From contig JAYOWQ010000001.1 of NCBI GenBank assembly GCA_038152055.1, positions 24,813 through 88,812 on the forward strand: a stretch of DNA of 64,000 nt. The letters run 5' to 3'. Under the pieces are notes generated by a model. It was not told where the DNA came from, made no database searches, and saw only the letters and a program-made list of their open reading frames with translations. Below, one piece after another: positions 22,601 to 30,600 of the stretch. This DNA comes from Opitutales bacterium. Its GTDB lineage: Bacteria; Verrucomicrobiota; Verrucomicrobiia; Opitutales; Seribacteraceae. The translations under genes and the position numbers were made by a program. The first letter of the stretch is position 1. Each line of letters starts with the position of its first letter.

Positions 22601-25600
22601 GCCCGTGATACTTCCGCTGGTAACGTTTATGTCCAGATTGCCCAGGGTTTTGGAAAGCTTGTAATCGGAAGACGCTCCATTCAGGCTAATTTCGGGCGGT
22701 TGGCTTGCTCCACTGGTAAAGGAAAAGTTGTAAATCGAAGAGGCGGTATGACTCCCGCTGTTGTCCCGACCTATTACAAATACACTGCGAACCCCGTTGT
22801 TCTCGACCAAGTCCCCGCTGTCGTTCAAGTCAAGAAGTATGGGATATCTTTGTTCTTCTTCCGCAATTCCTTCTGTCCTTAGAATTTCATCGCCGTATTT
22901 TTTGCCATCCAGGTAAAATTGAATTCCGACCATCGTTCCGTCCGGGTCGTTGCCATCAGCGGAAAGAGGAATGGTGGATTGTGACGTTATGCTGTCAAAG
23001 TCAGGCGTTGTAAGGCTTACTGCAGGCGGAAGGGATCCTACGAATGGATCGACCGAGAACCTTATCAATGAACTTGCCGCCACGGAAAGTTCCCCTTCGG
23101 AGTAGGCGACGAGTTGCAAGGTATAATCACCCCTTAGGTCTTCTCCGTTCACATCTTGGATCTGTGCGGTAAACCTGCGTGAGTCCAATTCCTTTCCCGC
23201 TCCGAATTCTACCATTGTACCCACCAGGCGTTGGTTGAGAATCATGTCGACTCGCTCGATTTTCCCTGAATATTCTACTTGAGCAATCACCGGTATGGGC
23301 GTTTGTGGAGCAAACGAATTTGCCAGATCATCGTTCGGGAAAAGAATTTCAACGGATGCCGTCTCCTCGAAGGTGGCGAAAGTCTTTAAGTCCCTGAAAT
23401 ACAAATCCCTGGATGGGTTGCTGTCCAGAGGATACTGATTGCTGGCATCAAATGCCAATCCTTCTCGGCCCGATGAATCGGAACTGAAAAAAACGTATCT
23501 TCCATTCCCGCTGATCACAGGAAATCTATTACTTGGCAAACTTGGGACGGAATCCGTTGAATTTTCCAAGTTATTCAAGTAGCGAACAGGCGTCCCGAAA
23601 GTACTCACGCTTATCCTTTCATTAATGATTGATACTGCGGAACCGTTTTTGGAAATATTGCAGAGATAAATATCGTCCGTCTCCGTGTCAGGTTCGGAAA
23701 TGGAAGTAGCCCGACCCTTGCCCGACTCAAGAGACATATTACTTGTTGAAACCTCGGAAAATCCGTAAATGACCGGGACTTGATTCAGCACCGGGGTTGC
23801 CTTCGTGTAGCCCGACCCCATGATGAGCATGTTTGATATCGGAGTGACCTTCACCCCCAATTGGTTGGAGGTCTCGAATTTCCCAGACAGAGAGGTTATC
23901 TTGAAAGACGACCCGCCTCCGTGTTGTTCGTCGACAATGACTCCCTTGTGTAAATCATCATTACCCGGCGAGGAGAGTTGCGATAGGATCAAATCGACCA
24001 ATTCATCCCTTACCTCCGTCTTCGACTTTCCGTTGGTTGACAAGATAAGAGCGGAATTGATTGTATCGGCAAACCTAATTTCCAAAGGCTCCAAGGTCGT
24101 ATTCTTGTCGGAAATCTTCAACACGGTTCCGGGCAACGCTTGAAGGTTTGCAATTTCCACTACGAATGACTGGCTAAGATAAAGTCTGTCGTTGTCAGGA
24201 AGTCGAATCAACGTATTCGGATTAAGCCTTCCGTCAGGAAAACCATCTTCATCCAAATCCGCCCCGTCCCCCTCGAAGTTAAAAAGCTCACCAAATGATG
24301 ACTGAGGATCATCCCCTATTCGAAAACCATATCCGTTGTTAGTCATTTCTATTTTGAAAATTCTCCCTCCTCCGGTTCTGTCCTTGCCCTCGCCTTTGGT
24401 TGGAACAAAACGAACTTCTCCGGCCTCGAACCCAGTGCCTCCCAATGGAGTCTTTACGGAGACAATGGTCGTTTCCAGATTGTAGTTTTGACCTGCTTCA
24501 ATAACCGTGACGTCAATTATGCGGCCAAAATTATCGACCTGAAAACTGGCAACGGCTCCGCTTCCGCTACCTGAAAGATCATCAATTTTAAGGTAGCCCG
24601 AGGAATAGCCACTTCCATAGTTTCGGATTTCTATTTCGCCAATACCCCCAACCAACACCGCCTTTGCGGTGGGTAGGTCAAATCTATCATTGTAAAACTT
24701 TTTGCCGTCTCTCCTCGTAATCTCAGAGGATAAAAGGTTGGATGACTTTGAGGCATAAACCACTGAGTCGCCGTTCAAGCTAATGCTCAAATCCCTGCTT
24801 CCGAAGTTTCCTCCCACTCCGTTTTCACTTTCACTAATTCTGATCGAATAATTCAAGTCTTCCGCTTGAGGATTGTCCAAATCAACAGGGATATCGACGA
24901 AATATACGTCGCCCTGGGGAGACGAAAGAAATGCAGATACTTGGGCCTCCAAGGTTGGTTCAGGATATGCAGGATCAGGTATGATTCGAACCACGGGATC
25001 CACGTACCCTTCGCCTGGAAGCAAAATTTCTATGGCGTCGCTCTTGATCTGGGAAAGCGCGTTTATACCATCTTCCTTGAATTTTAGGATGGCTCCTCTG
25101 CCCATGTAAGCCTGGTCATTGAGCCCGGCGTCATAAATCTCAATGGATGGACTGCCATAGTAACCGGCTCCCCCGTCATCAACTACAATCGATGCTATGC
25201 CCGCCTGGGGAATTAGATTGGTCGCGGAGGATTCGAATACGGCGCGAAGACCGTTACCGGAAATCTTTGGATTCAACGAATGTCCCAACCCTAGCCTTGA
25301 TGAGTTCGTCTCCTTAAAATCATAGTTCAAGTTGATCCTTTGAAGGGTATGCGGGGAGCTCTCTGGGTTTTCGCTCTTTTCAAAGAGGAAAATATCGCTC
25401 AGCCCATTGGTGTCTCCTGCAACCAGATTGGTTGCGTGAGAATCGAAAACTATGCGATTGCCCGATTTGTCGATCGATGGATTTTGAGACGAACCATCTC
25501 CAGGATCCCCATCAGTATTTTGAGAAACAAGCTGGATCGAACCCGTTCCTCTTTTACTTAACGACCATAAGTAAACCTGCCTGCCGGGTTTCTCTCCTGC

Positions 25601-27646
25601 CAATCCGTCGACGGCGTTGGTCGCGTCCGAGCTAAAGACGACCATGGTGCCGTCTTCGTTGATGTCGGGATATATGCTTTTGCCATTAAGTTGCTCATTC
25701 TTTGAATTTACCGCTCTAAGCATGGTGTTCGTGGAGATGCGGTACAGGAAAACGTCTTCCTTGTCATTGGAATCGCCAGGAACAAGGTTGTCTGCACGAG
25801 AATGAAAAACGATCGCGTCTCCATCGTCACTGATTTGGGGACGATAGCTATCTCCGTTTGCGGGGTCGCCCAGAGAGTTTGTGCTGGTGTAAGTCCGGCT
25901 AATCAGTTTAGGCGTGGGATTGGGTTGAAAAGTATCGATAAGAAAGATTTGCTGAAAGGCTCCGTTTATTGAGCTAAGATCGTTTGCGTTCTTGATTGGA
26001 GCTCTTTTTTCAAATGCAACGAACCTACCGTTTTCACTGACGGAAGCTCGCTCGGTCGGGCTTTTTAAGGCAGATATTTGAGCGGCTATTTCAGAAAGGC
26101 TTTCTTCCTTTTGTCCAATGATTTGCAAAACCCCGCCCCTTACCTCCACAGGCAATTGAGCAAGCCCGGCATAGAGCCTGTTGATTTCCTCATTGATTCC
26201 ACTGGCTTCTCCAAGCAATGCCTCCATCAAGGCGAATTCAGCGGCTGAAACGGTAGAGATCATATTGGTTTGACCGGCATCTTCCGTGGTTAGGGTAAGA
26301 ATTGGAGTGTTGTCCAGAGATTGAATCGAGTTTCTCTTGGAGCTATCCAGGGGAAACTGTTCGTTGATCAGCTGAACCAATATATAGTAGTCACCCTCGA
26401 AATTATCGGGCACTTGCTGAAACCAGGTTAAATTCAAGGTTTCACCGGCAAGCATATCCAAGCCTATGCCGTCGCCGCCAAGATTAAATTCCCGAAGAAT
26501 AAAATCGCTTTTATCAAACTCCACGTCTTCCGACAAGAGTATCCGGGCGGTAATCCGGTCTGATGCTTTCACTGGACCAGACCCGGAATTGCGAATCGCA
26601 AATGATATAAAAACGGGCTCTAGCCCGTGGAAGCTTCCGGTTTCTCCTTTGTAGCTATTTTCTACAAAGCGTAATTCCGCCTGCCCCTGCTCATCTCCGC
26701 CAGTCCCAATTTCAATGAAGGGAGAGCTCCAGGAATCCGCGTTGCCATCGTTGTCAGTATCCGAAGGTGTTCCCGGGTGGATATCGTAATTGTTCAAAAA
26801 ACTCACCTCCCGCATTGTTTGGAACGGGCTGTAGTTAACCACGACTTGAATGGCGTACTGGCCGTTTGCATCCGCAGGCATGAACAGTTCATCGATTTCA
26901 AACTCCCAAGACTCATCAGGTTGCAAGCCTGCGTGCACCTGAGTGGAAGGTAACAGAATGATTTCCTCGTCCAACGTATATCCACGGTCGTAAAGACCTT
27001 CGTCTATTTCATTAAGTTTGATCAAGTGGGCGACCAGGTGGAAATAGACGCCAGGCTGAGTCATGGTGCCTCCTACGTTCGATACCTTGCCCCTGACCCG
27101 GTAATTGGTGTTAGGCACGAAATCCGTCGTTTGTTCGCCGGTTATGGGATTGGTCGCGGTTACCGTGTCGATATCAACGGTCAAGTCCGGAAGAATCAGG
27201 CTCAATTCCTGAGAAACCTGATTTTGCGAAAGATCCGTTTCCGCAGAGGAAGCGGACACCCGGGCGACGATTTGCCACTTTCTGTCCGGCGTGTACTTGT
27301 CTGCCTGAGACCAGGTTATCTGAAAAACACCATCGATCTGACCATTGGAAAGATTGCTGAACCCATCCCATTCGTTGGATTCCGTGCCAATCGTGATTCC
27401 ATCCGGATCGATGAGCTCAATAATGGCATACACGGATTCACCTTCTGGAATGTCGGAGGAATTGCCCTCCAGGTAAACTTCGGTGGTTACTTCGAACATT
27501 CCGTTTATCTTGACTTCGGTAGGGGCGGAAACCACTCGAATTCCAAGGTTCACGTTACTAAGGGAACTTGTCTGCCCGAAACTCCAAATCGGCAGAGCCA
27601 TCACCAGGAGGGACAGATAAAAAGGACGAGCCTTAGAACAACTCAT
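16613..27646 (-). CDS. Giant exported surface protein (~3677 aa): signal peptide, CARDB-like Ig domains, TolB/PD40-like beta-propeller, about 12 Big_7-like Ig repeats, GxGY beta modules, Trp-rich C-terminal domain
   Basis: ATG 27646 overlaps the upstream TGA (ATGA). Signal MSCSKARPFYLSLLVMALPIWSFG; repeated PxIS(x)DGxxVVFxSxAxNL blades; repeated PPxVxxxxP...A.DxDG...V.FxxNG units. Confidence 0.85.
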   Translation of the reverse strand: MSCSKARPFYLSLLVMALPIWSFGQTSSLSNVNLGIRVVSAPTEVKINGMFEVTTEVYLEGNSSDIPEGESVYAIIELIDPDGITIGTESNEWDGFSNLSNGQIDGVFQITWSQADKYTPDRKWQIVARVSASSAETDLSQNQVSQELSLILPDLTVDIDTVTATNPITGEQTTDFVPNTNYRVRGKVSNVGGTMTQPGVYFHLVAHLIKLNEIDEGLYDRGYTLDEEIILLPSTQVHAGLQPDESWEFEIDELFMPADANGQYAIQVVVNYSPFQTMREVSFLNNYDIHPGTPSDTDNDGNADSWSSPFIEIGTGGDEQGQAELRFVENSYKGETGSFHGLEPVFISFAIRNSGSGPVKASDRITARILLSEDVEFDKSDFILREFNLGGDGIGLDMLAGETLNLTWFQQVPDNFEGDYYILVQLINEQFPLDSSKRNSIQSLDNTPILTLTTEDAGQTNMISTVSAAEFALMEALLGEASGINEEINRLYAGLAQLPVEVRGGVLQIIGQKEESLSEIAAQISALKSPTERASVSENGRFVAFEKRAPIKNANDLSSINGAFQQIFLIDTFQPNPTPKLISRTYTSTNSLGDPANGDSYRPQISDDGDAIVFHSRADNLVPGDSNDKEDVFLYRISTNTMLRAVNSKNEQLNGKSIYPDINEDGTMVVFSSDATNAVDGLAGEKPGRQVYLWSLSKRGTGSIQLVSQNTDGDPGDGSSQNPSIDKSGNRIVFDSHATNLVAGDTNGLSDIFLFEKSENPESSPHTLQRINLNYDFKETNSSRLGLGHSLNPKISGNGLRAVFESSATNLIPQAGIASIVVDDGGAGYYGSPSIEIYDAGLNDQAYMGRGAILKFKEDGINALSQIKSDAIEILLPGEGYVDPVVRIIPDPAYPEPTLEAQVSAFLSSPQGDVYFVDIPVDLDNPQAEDLNYSIRISESENGVGGNFGSRDLSISLNGDSVVYASKSSNLLSSEITRRDGKKFYNDRFDLPTAKAVLVGGIGEIEIRNYGSGYSSGYLKIDDLSGSGSGAVASFQVDNFGRIIDVTVIEAGQNYNLETTIVSVKTPLGGTGFEAGEVRFVPTKGEGKDRTGGGRIFKIEMTNNGYGFRIGDDPQSSFGELFNFEGDGADLDEDGFPDGRLNPNTLIRLPDNDRLYLSQSFVVEIANLQALPGTVLKISDKNTTLEPLEIRFADTINSALILSTNGKSKTEVRDELVDLILSQLSSPGNDDLHKGVIVDEQHGGGSSFKITSLSGKFETSNQLGVKVTPISNMLIMGSGYTKATPVLNQVPVIYGFSEVSTSNMSLESGKGRATSISEPDTETDDIYLCNISKNGSAVSIINERISVSTFGTPVRYLNNLENSTDSVPSLPSNRFPVISGNGRYVFFSSDSSGREGLAFDASNQYPLDSNPSRDLYFRDLKTFATFEETASVEILFPNDDLANSFAPQTPIPVIAQVEYSGKIERVDMILNQRLVGTMVEFGAGKELDSRRFTAQIQDVNGEDLRGDYTLQLVAYSEGELSVAASSLIRFSVDPFVGSLPPAVSLTTPDFDSITSQSTIPLSADGNDPDGTMVGIQFYLDGKKYGDEILRTEGIAEEEQRYPILLDLNDSGDLVENNGVRSVFVIGRDNSGSHTASSIYNFSFTSGASQPPEISLNGASSDYKLSKTLGNLDINVTSGSITGIEMLTSPLGENIFAARVDVSGKGSGAEILPVIEDNASSDNFGMITALELVSGGIGWEENSTILSIVPIIRAINVGVPAEVEFFIVPPGDENQTDLDGFVRFKKNVDGSSKVGSGYAISPRLEFFPNYKFSNVPELLPLAPPQGSTSSVSDFGSIDVKMNINEPVLSASVVGGFAQSPLYFSVEANSSGEKIKSVQLVVNGQTLDNVKTEPPFSFSFAPNAGIGDYIVSAIVEDHSGNIISTKSSIYNVTNYQNSGISLNFLGETDISIEADGTLMLFAEATSAAGVAGVEFFIDDVWVGDGNRSSESATYYTAVELSALNLQQGEHQISVIARDILGNQAGTFRRSQTNVPSRQNKKLSILPPAAREKDSLYIQFVYPPDMLDDLNASLYEGSNYMAVVDVVDRFGRIKGLRMMANGTVVDEIDLSDENRSAEENANNLRQTNALIYDRHYLNWQNITPGGYSITFDAIGSSGGIIPLPVFEENENGELIKAASLDYKINVKQVNMKKLPPFVEITFPLNNFTVTSDSRIVIAATGSDTDGIIEKMAFLENGNLITVNQIEAAAQGPQSSSIIWQPPRKGVFSISVAAYDNNDEISISAPVTILVTENKSSQQPVVNSEEIELFLPDSDPDVDDYIIRTSTKEVRDAKAHITSVVGMAPELDMLGAIVGYEITDFGTGYVRPPEVRFYGSGTGAKAVALIDTDPFSPLYGSVIGVDFIERGSAYEAYYAGYSTSIASRMAFIGGHDIMSVPLKVELPMDADNYREVYILVNGEIVDLNNDDISDEKDKFLNPPFETSKQFSTGEFELHVVTRDKFNNIDVSLAKKVTVAATKGVPPSAQITYPELSGSENPNIELNELYESIGTSSRFPIYISAFDEDGTGVDVADLPEVNLYANQMLIGRASRRQGSLQWYVDLNGISVTPGKYNFNVGAVDEEGNYYRSSGIPLEIVSTMQVPPEIQMISPISSLDQYTIGSTISFSVQVRERTRPIQSVEFIVDGVVIDKKTIPEISIGDMHIYTGSFSPSNMNSFMLSAVVTDLSGIKAVTDYNASDYGAFAVEELITHLPSIEKVVGGLPLNGKIYDLVRYVGNKRATEESFFATSSGFGINAPPRGSLELPASGLTARAHQEINLLANASDIDGSEQDLSCQFLANGGNVLLQFKQSPTAGDSITFTPVGQAEPALECVFGPGKIEIASSLEQTAKNLYEYIQYQQAIQPIDGLYKCFFPENFYSNERDDLYRTIFLRTDSNAIEIQSSAPESVYVNPLPTLPSTETGSFVGSWIPHLGGIYVIHGVVEDRWGGKMMTNHSVIIVEHSDQLPVRTVDSDFNGSLEIFPTMAMYGEPLARGSSLSARATFFDNDGLEKSLRQVKFLLNGKTVSDFSGDPPFYADFKLEGTDPSWLLQVIGYPDYNNSTDEPGVIYEMEAIVLERSGPISTAVELPEVSLSLPNGIKSSDGIKSFYENSQITIEAKLTGIDEVLRKVSSINFIINGEPMTGAIRQNSQFTPGGLLESITYSSTITLDSKFGTFISSFPVVQSLAEVSAIAVLTDPAATAKSKNPESIIIIGGSQNPASILEDLTGQSVSVGLVNSLSSGSENFHEWIADQSNLIEFSNKIDIVGAYNISLGNYHNSFNDFVADYDEFVLNGDVAGSTITRQVTPAELSSLPPEVANTAFTNPVTGLISVTYDNSFPWLKRYIDFVLTGNDYMSKFPEVPDLVGSYGNRLIENYAKNRENFVKQCLINKYGSATFFQANQGSLRLLNFWKSKMPNYWEISSGGSANDTGTGGRMDDVPIPGIESGELALELISRLVKEEKYFGREPYILGTRAKRDKEYLVMAYIFSFWKEGGSYPMTDESLSDYSGLSKIEIIELILSHPNYTNRYNYLFTDRNARRLANSIGWKEVPWLGYISDLSFPWIYHSDLGWLYATGTSHKSFWVYKEGLGWLWFSNKAYPHTFSASQDNWIYFDVNSKTNRRNRSKARDGVYYYSYKFGKWSKL

Positions 27647-30600
27647 CTTCTTCGCCTCCACAGCTTCTGTTTTCCATCATATGTACGGATCGTCTTATTA
27701 TCGATGTAAATGTAGCTCCATTCTTCCTGATCGTCACGATAAATCCAAGGGAATACATCGGGGTTCGACCACCACCAGGATTCCCATAGATCGTCCCATA
27801 TCCAATAACCCCCGCTACCATCGGGAGCATAATGGAGCCAGCCAAGTTTCAGATGATAAATCCAGTTCTGCCCTCCAAGATAAAAATATCCGAACCATTC
27901 GGAATCATACCAGGAGTCGGCAACCTGACTTGCTTGCATCGGAGTAGATTCCGCAATCTCGATGATTCCCTCGACTTCGGAATATTTTCCCCTGCCGTCG
28001 TCTAATCGGACTACCAAACGAATGCTTTGCCCGGCGACTGGAATCAAATCATCCGCATCCTCTACGCAAAGCTTGCCGGATTCACTTAGTTTGAAGGCCG
28101 GACGGCCATCCAGATCAAAGTCAAAATTTCCGGAAATCAGATATTTCCGAACGTAATCCCCATCCGCATCAAAAGCGAAAACGTTCTGTATGCAATATCC
28201 ATCCACCCAGGTTTCGTTCTGCAGGGAACGGCGAAAGTTTTCCCCTCTTGGCCATGATCTATTTTCGCTGCCCGGATATTGGATCGTTACAAGATCCGCC
28301 ACGATCTGGTTGGTCATATCGGTCATGTCGGAAGAAATATCGGTCGCAATCCTCTGGATGACCCGCTCATGAATAAAAGCCTGGTTTTCCACAAATTCGG
28401 CAATCCGGTTTTCCGTGGAGTCAAAATCTCCGCCATGGTAGAGGCGCAGCCACGCATCATCCGCTTCGGCCATGATCTCACCCATGTATTCGAGTTGAGA
28501 AGAAGTGACGTAGTCACTACTGTTCACCGTGCCGTCATTGATGGTTAATTCAAGTAGAGCCTCGAATTCGGCCGCAGAAATGGATTGTGTAAAATCATCC
28601 GATTCATTAATCAAGGCAGCCGCTTGGCTCAAGAAAGCTAGAGATGATTTTCCGATTTCATAATTCGGATCAAGGGCAATCACAAAGGATTCGGCAAGGG
28701 ACATCCAGCTGCCAATTCGCAGGGTGGCTGCCAGCACCGATGGCGTTGATGCATTTGACTCCATGGCTTCGCTCAATGGATCGAAAGTGAATAGGTTGGC
28801 GCCTTCTCCAATGCCAAAGCTGGACCGAACCGCGCTCTCCGCCTCCGCCCAGGTGTATTTACCCGAACTTTCCATGACTTGGATAACAAAAGTGCTCAGG
28901 GGGGAAACTACCGCAAGATTGCCATTCTTCTCCTCGGGAAGCTTTCCTTTCAGCGTTCCCGGAAAAGCGCTACCGGTATTCAGGTCTGTGCCTCCTGTGG
29001 ATATGATGATGTTTTCATCGTATCCGAGAACGCCGTTTCCATCGGCATCAAGGATGTTGAAATCCGTTTCGGACAACCGCAGGATGAAATGCCCCGACCC
29101 ATTGGTTTCTTTTTCAAGTTTGTCAAACCCAGTGGATTGAAGTGTGTCTACCACGAGCTTGGCCCCAGCGAGGTATCCGTCCAAGGCAACTATGTCCACA
29201 ACGATTTCGGGTTCCTCCACAACAAGTGTGAAATTCGCTTCCCGGTGATTGATTCCATCCGTGGCGTTTAACTCAATCGTGAAATTATTCTCTTCCAGCG
29301 GGGTCAAGATGTAGGCAAGAATCTCCCCGATTGTCACGTTTGCCTCATAAACGGCGCTACCATCGGAAATCACCGTGCCGTTATCATCAATAACTAAGCC
29401 TGCCGGGATTGACACGGTGTATTGTGAGGAAGCGTTGAAATCATCGCTTGCTTGAATGACTGGCATATCCATAGATTCCCCGACCAAGCCGTAGGCTTTT
29501 CCGAGCGGATCGATCCCTTCGATCGTAATTTGGGGGGCATCCACATCCACGACTTGCATGATAATGGTAACGTTGTCCTCGTTCCCATATGAGTCATATG
29601 CCCGAACGGTCAGGTTGTAGTCGCCAAGCACGGACAAATCAATTAATTCGGCGGAATGCCCCTCAAAGCTCAAGACAACCTCGTATTGGGCGTTTTCATC
29701 CCAGTCATTGACACTTATGTTCTTGTCCGGATCAAACTCAAGAAAACTGCCTTTCAATCCGGGCAATATCCATGTGGCATTCCTTTCCGTGTATGAAGGC
29801 AGTCCGAATCCTGGGGATGGCACTTCGAACTTCACGACCGGAGCCAACGTATCCCTGACTCTTATTTTTTGTTCGAGCAACTCGGAGAGATTGCCCCACT
29901 CGTCCTCCGCCTGATAGAAGAGTTGATAATATTCATCATTGTCACGCACCTCTAGATTTTCAGGATCCGTGATGGTTGGGGGCCTTGAGAAATTTCCATC
30001 GGTGGATTGGTTCAGGTATTCAAGAAAGTCTCCCGATACGTGAATTGTGTAGTTGGATTCCTCGTCTTCCAAAGTCCAAGTCCCGCTTGGATTTAGCAAT
30101 GGATCGACAAGAGCGGAATCATTGGCCTCTATAACCGTCCAGGTTGTCCAGTTCGACTCAAATTCCCACGAGGAGGAAATCGTTCCGTCCTTCAACATCA
30201 TTGGAAAAGGATTGTTTATGGTGATTTCCTGAAATGCAGGATTGGTAAAATGAATGTCTGGATCCGGGTCCTTTAATTTCAATTGAAGTCCAAAAGCGGT
30301 CTTTCGATCCTTCGTCAAGTTACCCTCCCAGGCGGCATAAGGCTCCCATGAACTGTAGTTTTGGTCACCGTCCAAATCAATAAAGGCCCGCAAGCTGTAG
30401 TTTCTGTCCAGCACGAGCTTGTTCCAGTAAAATCCGCTCGGAAAAGTCGTACCGTTTTTGTCTGCGGATGCTGCGGAAAAGTCATCCGACATTTGAGATA
30501 TCGAAGATGAATTGAACTCCAGATAAAAGTTTCGCGGATAGGCAGATTTAACTCTGTAGACGCGAGCCGATATCTCTCCCAATCCGGCATCGGCCTTATT

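Noticed and set aside
15551-27646. Amber read-through fusing the giant protein to the GT4 (same frame)
   Set aside because: Being in frame has a 1-in-3 chance. Fusing an exported protein to a cytoplasmic GT is implausible, and no recoding signal or pyl genes are seen.
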